Shown: positions 31,030-39,931, counted from the stretch's first letter. The stretch is DNA of 64,000 nt from Vitreimonas sp. (GCA_035627515.1 DASPLQ010000012.1:7269-71268), one strand, 5' to 3'. A program made the numbers and translations. The notes: generated by a model not told the origin, from the sequence alone.

Positions 31030-31587
31030 CTATCCTTGTAGATTGAATAAAAATGAGGGCTCAATATTGAGAACCTTGACTTTATGCACATCAAAATCAG
31101 TTCGGTATGTCACCACGGAATTAAGAGGAGCGCCAATAATTGCTTGGGCCAAAGGAGTTTCTAATGACACCATTATTTCTTGGCTAGTAAATCTGGTGTC
31201 AGATTCTGCTAAATATGAACTGTCATACGTAGAGCCCACCGTCGCGAAAATTATTTCCTTATCACCGTCTGCAAACTTTATTTCTAACTTCACACGATGT
31301 CCTTGTTTGACTGTGCTGGTATCTAAGACTTCGCTAGCGCTTAAGACTTCAATTAGCGCTAAATCAAAATTCAAACCATTATTTTGATCATGTCGTAATT
31401 CTTGTTCGCGGTGAATTTGATGCATTAAGGCTTCATCTAACATATCTCCATCACCAATATTTCCCATTACTCTCAACTCTTCTCCCATTTGTTTTATTTT
31501 TTGAATATTGGTATCAATGGTTCCCTTCATGGCTTCTACAGTTTGTGGGAAAACCTTAATTTCTTTTCGCATGTTGCTCCTACGCAC
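31030..31587 (-). CDS. GreA/GreB-family (Rnk-like) protein with a short N-terminal coiled coil
   Basis: C-terminal FKBP-like Gre domain (VSLETPLAQAIIGAPLNSVVTY, GHRVKLEIKFADGDKEIIFATVG). The N-terminal coiled coil is shorter than in canonical GreA. Confidence 0.6.
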   Translation of the reverse strand: MRRSNMRKEIKVFPQTVEAMKGTIDTNIQKIKQMGEELRVMGNIGDGDMLDEALMHQIHREQELRHDQNNGLNFDLALIEVLSASEVLDTSTVKQGHRVKLEIKFADGDKEIIFATVGSTYDSSYLAESDTRFTSQEIMVSLETPLAQAIIGAPLNSVVTYRTDFDVHKVKVLNIEPSFLFNLQG

Positions 31588-31760
31588 TAGTTAAGTATTT
31601 TTATGTTCTTTGCATCGTAAAAAATAGTGAGAAAGTTGTCTAGAATGCGACATTTTTATTAAATAAATTTATTTTTACCTCAATAAAAATATGTCTGACG
31701 TTTTATGACAACCTAAAATTGAAGCAAAAATATGTATAAAATTTATTTAAAAAAATAAAA

Positions 31761-31790
31761 AAAAGACGTCTAATAATTGACGTCTTTTAT
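31761..31790 (-). terminator. rho-independent terminator (bidirectional hairpin) downstream of the short TrmB gene
   Basis: Perfect 10-bp stem AAAAGACGTC / GACGTCTTTT with an 8-nt loop. It is flanked by an A-run on + and a T-run on -, so a long U tract follows on the minus-strand transcript. Confidence 0.6.
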
Positions 31791-31808
31791 TAAAGTTGTG
31801 ATGAAATC

Positions 31809-32180
31809 TTAAATTGCCAGCACCTGAGACTCTAATTTTTCAAGTAAACGTGGCAGCTCTTTTTGAAGCGAATTCAGCTCTAAAGACTGCTTTTTGAGCT
31901 GGAGTTCTTTACGCCCTAACAAAGTGTACAAGACAAATGGCCGCTCGGCTCGTACGACCCGTTTATTTCGGATAATCATCTCAGATACCAGTCCTTTTTC
32001 AATCAAACTCTCGATATTCTGATGGACAGTTGTCCGAGCTATGCCAGTTAGCTGGCTTAACTTGAGAATGGTAATTGGCTGCTGTTTCTTTAATAAAAAG
32101 AAGTAGAGCGTGGTCTCCCGCTCAGAGAAACCTAAGGAATTAAAATAATTGTTGATGAGGTATTCGTTCATAGTGAGCAA
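31809..32180 (-). CDS. TrmB-type winged-HTH protein, DNA-binding domain only (123 aa)
   Basis: FNSLGFSERETTLYFFLLKKQQPITILKLSQLTGIARTTVHQNIESLIEKGLVS matches the TrmB-family HTH. Transcribed divergently from the regulator array. Confidence 0.5.
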   Translation of the reverse strand: MLTMNEYLINNYFNSLGFSERETTLYFFLLKKQQPITILKLSQLTGIARTTVHQNIESLIEKGLVSEMIIRNKRVVRAERPFVLYTLLGRKELQLKKQSLELNSLQKELPRLLEKLESQVLAI

Positions 32181-32359
32181 ATACGATAACTAGTAATACT
32201 ATTGTGTGGAAGTTTAGCAGTTCCTTTCAGCACAAACAAATTTTTACATCAAAAAAATGTAAAAATAAGTATATTATGTTATTTAATATTGTCAATTATC
32301 ATTAATTTATTATTTTTAATCTGGTTTTAATGTCTAAAAAATATAACAGTTGTTAATTA

Positions 32360-32391
32360 TTGACAACATATTTTCCACCTCATGGTATAAT
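32360..32391 (+). promoter_or_regulatory. sigma70-like promoter (TTGACA ... TGgTATAAT) driving a leaderless TrmB-family mRNA
   Basis: TTGACA at 32360-65 and an extended -10 TGGTATAAT ending at 32391. The ATG at 32399 is 7 nt downstream with no SD, so the predicted TSS is about at the ATG. Confidence 0.5.
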
Positions 32392-32398
32392 AGCTTCA

Positions 32399-33166
32399 AT
32401 GAAAAACGTCACACAGTACTTAGAACAGCTTGGTTTAACCCCGCTTGAGAGCCAACTTTACTTAGCCCTCCTCGAAAGTGGCCCGACTACGGTTCTACAA
32501 CTTTCCAATGCATCAAAGATTAAACGCGCGACTACCCATTTCAATGTCGAAAACTTAATTGCCAAAGGTTTAGTTTCACAAATTAGCCAAGGCTCACGCC
32601 GGCAAATCATTGCTGAGCCACCTGAAAAAATATTATTACTGTTAGATAAGCAAAAGTATCACCTCAAACAGTTAGAGCATCAATTTCCTGAAGTATTATC
32701 GACTATTCATCAAGAATTACCCCAAACCAAAAACACACAACGACCCGTGGTTAGGTATTATGAAAATCTAGAAGGTTTCAAAACAGCCACAATATTTTCT
32801 CTTGAACACGCCACAGATGAAATATTATTTATCACTAATCTTCTCCAATGGCATAACACCTATGACTCCAAGTATGATCGTGAACAATATATTGCTGAAC
32901 GCCTACGAAGAAATATTCCGCTCAGAGCCTTAGTGGTACCTCAAGGTGAGTATAGCGATCATTATCGATCTCTTGACAAAGAACTGCTTCGTGAAACCCG
33001 CTATCTACCGGTTGACTCAGACTTACGAACAACTATCTTCATTTATAATAATGAAGTTTCCATCATGCTTTCCAACGAACCTTTCACTTCAATCGTGATT
33101 GAAAGCCCAGAAATTTACGAAACGTTTAAAGCCTTATTTAATAGTCTTTGGCAAAAAGCTGAGTAG
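32399..33166 (+). CDS. TrmB-family transcriptional regulator (wHTH + TrmB-C-like domain)
   Basis: N-terminal YLEQLGLTPLESQLYLALLESGPTTVLQLSNASKIKRATTHFNVENLIAKGLVSQ. The C-terminal IESPEIYETFKALFNSLW motif is shared with the RHH paralogs. Start set at MKNV because the ORF-track start would overlap the promoter. Confidence 0.6.
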   Translation: MKNVTQYLEQLGLTPLESQLYLALLESGPTTVLQLSNASKIKRATTHFNVENLIAKGLVSQISQGSRRQIIAEPPEKILLLLDKQKYHLKQLEHQFPEVLSTIHQELPQTKNTQRPVVRYYENLEGFKTATIFSLEHATDEILFITNLLQWHNTYDSKYDREQYIAERLRRNIPLRALVVPQGEYSDHYRSLDKELLRETRYLPVDSDLRTTIFIYNNEVSIMLSNEPFTSIVIESPEIYETFKALFNSLWQKAE

Positions 33167-33180
33167 AGTAGAGAGCTAAC

Positions 33181-33978
33181 ATGAACTTACCTTTGATATA
33201 TACCTTCATGTCTCAGTTAGGAGTTTCCCAACGCGAAGTGGAAATTTATCTGGAGCTACTTAAAACTGGCCCTACTAGCATTCTTTACCTCAGCAAGGTC
33301 ATGGAAATGCCGCGGACTACCATTCATCAAAACGTAGAAAGCCTGATTAATAAAGGATTAGTTATTGAACAAATTATTGGCAGCAAACGTAAGATTGCAG
33401 CGGAACCGCCAGCTAAAATTTCAGCTATTATCAAAGATAAAGAGCTGGCTTTAGAAAAAAAGGCTACTGAGATTGGGATACTTCAAGAAAATTATCATAC
33501 CGTTATCTCACAACTGAAAACTATTACTACGGCAGAAGATACTCCTCAAACAAAGGTGATGATTGTCGAAGGTAAACAAAATATTTCACGGCTTTACAGT
33601 GAGCTCTTGAAATCCAAGCAAATTAAAGCTTACTGCAGTGTTTCTGAAATTACAGAAATTTTCCCCAATAATTTCGAGAAATTCCTCGAGGCCAGTAATA
33701 AAGGTGCCCTCATTTGGGACCTAATTGAGGAAAAGTCATATGACATAACTAAAATAAGTCATTTTAGTAAATATCCTAATTATCACTATAAATTTTTTCC
33801 CGTTGATCTCACCATCGAGTGTATGGACTATTTACTTTATGATGACACGATTACTACTATCCAAGGGGGTAAAAACCCGTCCGCTATCATCATTAAAAGT
33901 CCACTACTTTATAAAAATGCTGTCAGAATCTTTGATTCTCTGTGGAACTTTTTACCTGAACCTAACTTAAATGCCTAA
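33181..33978 (+). CDS. TrmB-family transcriptional regulator, paralog 2
   Basis: MSQLGVSQREVEIYLELLKTGPTSILYLSKVMEMPRTTIHQNVESLINKGLV. C-terminal IIKSPLLYKNAVRIFDSLWNFL. Confidence 0.6.
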   Translation: MNLPLIYTFMSQLGVSQREVEIYLELLKTGPTSILYLSKVMEMPRTTIHQNVESLINKGLVIEQIIGSKRKIAAEPPAKISAIIKDKELALEKKATEIGILQENYHTVISQLKTITTAEDTPQTKVMIVEGKQNISRLYSELLKSKQIKAYCSVSEITEIFPNNFEKFLEASNKGALIWDLIEEKSYDITKISHFSKYPNYHYKFFPVDLTIECMDYLLYDDTITTIQGGKNPSAIIIKSPLLYKNAVRIFDSLWNFLPEPNLNA

Positions 33979-34726
33979 TCTACCTATTCAACACAAACTA
34001 AATTTTACGCTTAATAAAAAATTATATACTGAGTTTTCTTTGGCTGCGGACAAAGCCGGCATCACCAAAGTGGAACTGTTAACAGAATGGATCAATCATA
34101 CTCATACACTGGACTTAGAACCAACAGCATCAACACTAATTGACCTAACAAGTTATAGTTTTCACTTAGATAATACTGTTTACTCCAAACTCATTGATTT
34201 AGCTCAAAAATTTCACTTAAATAAAAGTCACCTCTTGCGATTAATTATTCATAACAACATTTCAGGCTTTTCCCGCCATCAATCAGTGAGGGTGTTTGAT
34301 AATTTTATAAGACATGTTGAGGGGAAAAAAGCAGTAAGTGTTATCTATGATCAACTACTTGAGTCACCATTTTTGAAATCATACACGTATCTCGACAAAA
34401 CATATCGTTATTTTCCTGAAAATTTTGCTAAGTTTGCTCAAGCCGTGAGAAATGGTACAAAAGTTTTTAACATTTATCCTGATACTCAGGTATGCCATCA
34501 AGTAGAGAAGAAATTTCATGCTTTACAGTTAGAAAACTACCACCGAAAGTTTGCAAATATTTCATTGACTAACAACTGCATTAATGTATTACATAACCAC
34601 TCAACTGTGGCATTTATTTCAGTAGCCCCAGTGATTTCAGCGACCATTATAGATAACCCACTTTTGTATCAAAATTCACTCTCGATTCATGACTCACTTT
34701 GGAATCAGTTGCCCGCAAAGCTATAA
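33971..34726 (+). CDS. tandem-RHH + TrmB-C-like putative regulator (251 aa)
   Basis: KLNFTLNKKLYTEFSLAADKAGITKVELLTEWI, then YSFHLDNTVYSKLIDLAQKFHLNKSHLLRLII. C-terminal IIDNPLLYQNSLSIHDSLWNQL. Overlaps the upstream gene by 8 nt. Confidence 0.55.
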   Translation: MPNLPIQHKLNFTLNKKLYTEFSLAADKAGITKVELLTEWINHTHTLDLEPTASTLIDLTSYSFHLDNTVYSKLIDLAQKFHLNKSHLLRLIIHNNISGFSRHQSVRVFDNFIRHVEGKKAVSVIYDQLLESPFLKSYTYLDKTYRYFPENFAKFAQAVRNGTKVFNIYPDTQVCHQVEKKFHALQLENYHRKFANISLTNNCINVLHNHSTVAFISVAPVISATIIDNPLLYQNSLSIHDSLWNQLPAKL

Positions 34727-34731
34727 CCGTT

Positions 34732-35499
34732 ATGAACCCATTAGATCACAAACTAAACATTAAAATTGAACAAACACTCTATAGTGCCTTTTCTCAACTA
34801 GCTAATAGGGCTGGATTAACTAAGATTAATTTGTTAAGACAATGGTTACTTGAAGATGAAAACAAACCTTTGCTTTTAGAAACTCAAGACGAGCAAAATC
34901 AGAGTGTAGCATATAGTTTTTTCCTTGATCATCAGACTTTCACTAAGTTGGAAAAAAAAGCCTCTCTTTTAGGAATTAATACTAGTCTCTACCTGAAGCT
35001 ACTTATAAAAGCTCATACACATCCTGAAACAGGTTTAGCTGTTCAACTAGGTAAACAACATCAGTTTTATATACCAACCCAGTTTATGAAAATATATCAA
35101 GGAAAAGCAGATACCTTGAAAACGTACCAGAGAATACTCAAATCAAAATACATCAAAGCCTACACACAGTTAGATAAAATTTGGCCACTGTTACCAGAGA
35201 ACTATGATGACTTTGCAGATGCAGCGCGCATGGGCACCACCATTCACAATCTTAACATTGGGAGCTTGAATTCTAGACAAAAAGAACAACAATTTAAAAA
35301 ATTAGGTTTCGATAATTATGAGGGAAAGTTTTTACCTTTCGACCCTAAATGGAACTTTGTTGATTTGTTAATTACTGACCGAAAAGTAGCAATTATTCAA
35401 AGCTCGCCACAGCTCAGAGCTATCGAAATTAATCACCACTTTTTTCACAAACATTTATTTATGCTTCATGATTATTTGTGGAGGCTACTCCCAACTTAA
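34732..35499 (+). CDS. tandem-RHH + TrmB-C-like putative regulator (255 aa)
   Basis: Start set at MNPLDHKLNIKIEQTLYSAFSQLANRAGLTKINLLRQWL. Second unit YSFFLDHQTFTKLEKKASLLGINTSLYLKLLI. C-terminal LHDYLWRLL. Confidence 0.55.
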   Translation: MNPLDHKLNIKIEQTLYSAFSQLANRAGLTKINLLRQWLLEDENKPLLLETQDEQNQSVAYSFFLDHQTFTKLEKKASLLGINTSLYLKLLIKAHTHPETGLAVQLGKQHQFYIPTQFMKIYQGKADTLKTYQRILKSKYIKAYTQLDKIWPLLPENYDDFADAARMGTTIHNLNIGSLNSRQKEQQFKKLGFDNYEGKFLPFDPKWNFVDLLITDRKVAIIQSSPQLRAIEINHHFFHKHLFMLHDYLWRLLPT

Positions 35500-35503
35500 A
35501 AGT

Positions 35504-36925
35504 ATGAAAAAGATTAGCTTTAAAGTGAACTCAGATGTTTTTAAAGCTTTTACTGATAAGGCTAAAAAATTGGGTTATCCTAAATCAAAAGTACTGAGGC
35601 AATGGTTGAATGAATTTTCACTCACTGATTCGTTAAGTGTCACTCCACAAACTAACACAGCTGATACAACCACTTACTCATTTCATTTGTCTGATAATGA
35701 GTGGCGGAAACTGCGGACAGGTGCTGAAAAACTTAATTTGAGTCATACCAAACTTTTACAGTTACTTATTACTGATCGTGTCCAGCGTTCTAGTGCTCAT
35801 CATAGTACTACTTTACTAAATAGCCAAAAATCCTCAAATGCTATTGAAGACCTCTGGAAAACAGGTTATTTATTAGAAGCCGTCAGAGAGGGAGATCGGT
35901 TACTTGAAAATTTGTCTCCACGCGATGTAATAACCTTAGTAAAAACTAGTTTGCGGATGGGCAACTTTTCTCACACTCAAGAATTACTGACGTTTATTAA
36001 AGAAGCTAGAGTTATTACATCACAGTCAAATTATTATCCCTTATATTTGGCATATAGAGCTGCGCATTTAATTCGAAACACTCATGATAATGAAACTTGC
36101 CAGGAGTTACTTAACCAAGCCTTAACCATCGCTAAAGTTCGTCGAGACCGTTTGTCTTTAGGGATTATCCACCGCGTCATTGGTGAAGTTAATTTTTACC
36201 TTGGGAATACTCCCGTCATCATTCATAATTATTTACTGTCCCTAGAGTACTTGGACCCGATTGAGTATCCTCTTGATTTCTTATATACAGTGCTGCATTT
36301 AGTCCGCATTTATATTGGTCAAAAAAACTGGCCATTAGTTAATTATTATTTACAAAAAGCAGATGAAATTTTAACCGAAAATCCAAATGCTTCATTTCAA
36401 TCATGGTACTACTTACAATTATCTAGAAAACAACTTCAACAAAACCAGCCCCAACAAGCTCTCTATACTATTGAAAAATCTATTGCTTTGAGCAGTGCGG
36501 TGAATAGTCAGTTTGATCAAACTATTGCCTATCGCGAAAAGGCCCAAATATTACTGAGTTTAAATAAAAATAATGAGGCTGAGCATTACTTTGAAAAATC
36601 GCTGACTCTCGATACTTTTTTGCGTCCAATAGCTTATCATCGCTCAGAGTTTAATCATTTATTTATGAGAGTTAGCAAAGGTGATACTATGTCCTTGAAA
36701 GAGCTTGAAAACCTAGCTCACCTCAGACCTGACCAACTCCCAGTTTTACTAGATTTTAGAAAGTACATGCATGTTGCTGCTCAATACCTCTTTGCTCCTA
36801 ATGCCTCAGAGAAACAAAAAGGAGAAGAAGGTCTTAAAGAGCTACATGCAACTAGTATCTACCCTGGCATGGCTCAAGCTGCTCAAACTGTCTTATTGCA
36901 TCATCGGCTCCAGCCTTTGGTCTAA
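35504..36925 (+). CDS. tandem-RHH + TPR-like putative regulator (473 aa)
   Basis: MKKISFKVNSDVFKAFTDKAKKLGYPKSKVLRQWL, then YSFHLSDNEWRKLRTGAEKLNLSHTKLLQLLI. The C-terminal helical-repeat domain is conserved with 24748-26154 and 38522-39931. Confidence 0.55.
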   Translation: MKKISFKVNSDVFKAFTDKAKKLGYPKSKVLRQWLNEFSLTDSLSVTPQTNTADTTTYSFHLSDNEWRKLRTGAEKLNLSHTKLLQLLITDRVQRSSAHHSTTLLNSQKSSNAIEDLWKTGYLLEAVREGDRLLENLSPRDVITLVKTSLRMGNFSHTQELLTFIKEARVITSQSNYYPLYLAYRAAHLIRNTHDNETCQELLNQALTIAKVRRDRLSLGIIHRVIGEVNFYLGNTPVIIHNYLLSLEYLDPIEYPLDFLYTVLHLVRIYIGQKNWPLVNYYLQKADEILTENPNASFQSWYYLQLSRKQLQQNQPQQALYTIEKSIALSSAVNSQFDQTIAYREKAQILLSLNKNNEAEHYFEKSLTLDTFLRPIAYHRSEFNHLFMRVSKGDTMSLKELENLAHLRPDQLPVLLDFRKYMHVAAQYLFAPNASEKQKGEEGLKELHATSIYPGMAQAAQTVLLHHRLQPLV

Positions 36926-37000
36926 CATTACAGCACTTTGCTGTCATTTTTTGGCACACAGAGACGAACTTGGTATAATTGCTCCATCTTGAAACAAATC

Positions 37001-37756
37001 ATGAAAAAGTTAAATATACGGCTTCCAGCCACTCTTTTCTTAGCTTTTCATGAAAAAGCAAAAAGAAGTGGGGTGACCAAAAGCTCACTTCTCAAAGCTT
37101 GGCTCCGGCGACCAATGCCATTTTTCCAAATTCAGCGGGTTTATTCTCAACAACCTCAGATAAGTTACTCATTTAATCTGAGTGAATCAGAGGCTCATTT
37201 AACCACCAAAATCGCAACTGAATTTGGAGTTAGCGTCAATCTTCTACTGATTCAGGTAATCAAAACCCACACTCAAGATTTATTATTTCCATCATACTCT
37301 AGCCAAATTCCTACTGAAATCGCTTCATCTAGTGTCATTATTAAAGGCAAGGACAACTTTCGTAAAATGTATCTATCATTAATAAATGAACGGAATTTAT
37401 CCATGGTCACAGATGACGAAGCCTTTGAGCAACTTTTCCCAGATAATTTTTATGAATTTATTTATGCTATGAATAAAGGTTACCTTAATATCAGGAGTAT
37501 TGCTATTCCTAATGAAGTTGGTAAAGCCTTCTATACCAAGGCACTGGCAATTTCTCCACAATTTTCTCAATCAAATAAGTTTCACAGTGGTATTCTTCAG
37601 CCTAATTGCCTTGGATATCTCATTTCTCCAACCAAGTTTATTGTTGAACATGGCGGGACTGAACCTCAGGCTACTATTATTACTGATCCTCAGCTGGTTC
37701 AGTATGCTCACACATTATTTAACATGCAGTGGCAGACGCTCTCTAATTCAGATTAA
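37001..37756 (+). CDS. tandem-RHH + TrmB-C-like putative regulator (251 aa)
   Basis: MKKLNIRLPATLFLAFHEKAKRSGVTKSSLLKAWL, then YSFNLSESEAHLTTKIATEFGVSVNLLLIQVI. C-terminal IITDPQLVQYAHTLFNMQW. Confidence 0.55.
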   Translation: MKKLNIRLPATLFLAFHEKAKRSGVTKSSLLKAWLRRPMPFFQIQRVYSQQPQISYSFNLSESEAHLTTKIATEFGVSVNLLLIQVIKTHTQDLLFPSYSSQIPTEIASSSVIIKGKDNFRKMYLSLINERNLSMVTDDEAFEQLFPDNFYEFIYAMNKGYLNIRSIAIPNEVGKAFYTKALAISPQFSQSNKFHSGILQPNCLGYLISPTKFIVEHGGTEPQATIITDPQLVQYAHTLFNMQWQTLSNSD

Positions 37757-37758
37757 TC

Positions 37759-38529
37759 ATGAAAAAAATTAATATCCGCATTCCTGCCTCTTTAGCAACT
37801 GCTTTTCAAGCTCGTGCAGACAAAGAGGGCATTACTAAATCATCACTGCTTCGCCAGTGGCTCCAACAACCGTTACTCTCATTGCCTCTCAATAGATTAG
37901 AAGCTGGTGGTTTTGAAATTAATTATTCGATTCAACTGGAACCATCATTATTTGAACTCTTACAAAAGCTTTCACAAGAGTTTGACTTGACGCTTAATCG
38001 GCTGGTGCAAGCCATTATTCAATACCATTTAACTGCTGAGTTTAATCCTCATCTAAACACACCTTTAGTACATATCCCTAAAAATGCTGAGGCATTTAAC
38101 ATTAAAGGCAAGGATAGAGTATGGCAGTTATATTTAGAATTAATTAAAGATCAACACATTTTTTCAGTTACTGATAGTAAAGCCATAGAGGAGATGTTCC
38201 CAGGAAACTTCTTTGACTATGTCTATGCCACACAAAAAGGTTACCTTAAAGCTCGAAGTATTACTCTTGATAATGAGCCCAGTAGAAATTTTTTACGTAA
38301 TGCCAGTGCTGTTTTACCCAGTTACCAATTTGATCACAAACTATTTTCCACGCCACAAACTCTCAATTGCGTAGGGTATATCACCACACCAAACAAAACC
38401 ATTATTGTCCGCAATGAAGGAGTGCCCTCCGCTGTAATAATGAATAACAAGCAATTAGCTTCATATTCATTACAAGTGTTTAAGTTGTTATGGCAGTCAC
38501 CTCTAACCAAGTACTTAAACTATGCTTAA
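37759..38529 (+). CDS. tandem-RHH + TrmB-C-like putative regulator (256 aa)
   Basis: MKKINIRIPASLATAFQARADKEGITKSSLLRQWL, then YSIQLEPSLFELLQKLSQEFDLTLNRLVQAII. C-terminal VIMNNKQLASYSLQVFKLLW. Confidence 0.55.
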   Translation: MKKINIRIPASLATAFQARADKEGITKSSLLRQWLQQPLLSLPLNRLEAGGFEINYSIQLEPSLFELLQKLSQEFDLTLNRLVQAIIQYHLTAEFNPHLNTPLVHIPKNAEAFNIKGKDRVWQLYLELIKDQHIFSVTDSKAIEEMFPGNFFDYVYATQKGYLKARSITLDNEPSRNFLRNASAVLPSYQFDHKLFSTPQTLNCVGYITTPNKTIIVRNEGVPSAVIMNNKQLASYSLQVFKLLWQSPLTKYLNYA

Positions 38530-39931
38530 ACACCGTATCACATTTAGGTTAAGTCGCTCATTAGCAGCACACTTTGAAGAGAAAGCTTTAAAATCAGGCC
38601 TGACTAAAGCCAAGCTCCTTCGTGACTGGCTGCAAGTGACACCTGATCATTTTCAATTAAGCTCAGTACCCCACAACGATAACACTACCAGCTTCACCTT
38701 CCATCTCAATGCCAATGACTGGAAAAAGCTCAATCACCTCAGTCAAAGCTTAGGCTTAAGCAAAACTAAAGTTCTCCAACTCATCATCAATAATCAGGTT
38801 CAGGGAACACAACCCTCCGTCGCATTGGTGAATAATAAAGAATCGCACATCGATGAAGTTATTAAATCATTGTGGAATCAAGGGTATCTTGATCAGCTTA
38901 AAAATCATGCTTGCAACGATTTGGAATCCTTGAGTAGTGATCAAATTTTCTTGGTCATTCAATCCAATCTTGAATTGGGAAATTTTCACGAAGTCAAAGA
39001 ACAGCTAGCATTACTTAATACCAAGCCGGGAAGAGGTCTTTACTATCGCTGTAAACAATTGATTTGTGAAGCCCATTATTTAGTTCACTGCCAAAGAAAT
39101 CTCTTAACTAGTAAACAAACTATTGATGAAGCAATTGCACTTGCCGAGCAGTTACAAGATCGAGAACTATTAGGAATAACAAATAGAATTAATGGCGAAA
39201 TATACTTTTATAATGATCAACCGGAGAGAGCATTACACGCTCATCAACGAGCATTAGATTATCTGGATCCCATTATCTATCGTCATCACTTCTTGAGAAC
39301 GCTCCTGGACATGATTAAAATTTATATTGGCCAGCATAACTGGCTCATGGCTGAGTTATATGCAGCAAAAACAGCTGACATATTACAACGCAATCCAAAT
39401 ATTTACTTCCAATCATGGTATGAACGCCATCAAGCTCTTTATCACCTTGTCAAAGGAAATTTAACCGAATCATCGTATTACCTAAATAAATCCCTCACGA
39501 ATGTCACTTTATCAAACTCAATTTGGGCTTTAACGGTGCTGAACTTAAAAGGCAAAATTTTGATCACTCAACATAAAACTGCTGAAGCTTCCCAATTGTT
39601 TGAAGATGCCTTCACTTTTGACAGGTTATTACGGCCTACTTCATCTTTTTCCCGAGCCAAATTATATGCTTTATACATGCGCACAGCTGCTCATTATGAA
39701 AACAGCATTCAGGAGTTAGAAAAGTTAACTGAAAGTAATGCTCAGTCAGTAGAATCAAGCTTGGGGAAATATGTGCTTAACACTGCTCGTTACTTATACT
39801 CACCACTGGGGGCGGACCAAATTAAAGGTGAAGCCGGCCTCAAACAATTGAGTAGCGTCGGATCCTATCAAAGTCTTCGACACGCTGCCCTCAAGACATT
39901 GAGCACCCACGAAATCCAACCAGTTTTATAG
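38522..39931 (+). CDS. tandem-RHH + TPR-like putative regulator (469 aa)
   Basis: MLKHRITFRLSRSLAAHFEEKALKSGLTKAKLLRDWL, then FTFHLNANDWKKLNHLSQSLGLSKTKVLQLII. C-terminal repeats include YIGQHN and LRPTSSFSRAKLYALYMR. Overlaps the upstream gene by 8 nt. Confidence 0.55.
   Translation: MLKHRITFRLSRSLAAHFEEKALKSGLTKAKLLRDWLQVTPDHFQLSSVPHNDNTTSFTFHLNANDWKKLNHLSQSLGLSKTKVLQLIINNQVQGTQPSVALVNNKESHIDEVIKSLWNQGYLDQLKNHACNDLESLSSDQIFLVIQSNLELGNFHEVKEQLALLNTKPGRGLYYRCKQLICEAHYLVHCQRNLLTSKQTIDEAIALAEQLQDRELLGITNRINGEIYFYNDQPERALHAHQRALDYLDPIIYRHHFLRTLLDMIKIYIGQHNWLMAELYAAKTADILQRNPNIYFQSWYERHQALYHLVKGNLTESSYYLNKSLTNVTLSNSIWALTVLNLKGKILITQHKTAEASQLFEDAFTFDRLLRPTSSFSRAKLYALYMRTAAHYENSIQELEKLTESNAQSVESSLGKYVLNTARYLYSPLGADQIKGEAGLKQLSSVGSYQSLRHAALKTLSTHEIQPVL

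Noticed and set aside
36771-36992. 73-aa ORF overlapping the 3' end of the RHH-TPR gene, considered as a possible signalling-peptide gene
   Set aside because: It is in a different frame and fully overlaps conserved coding sequence. It has no independent start signals. It is probably spurious.
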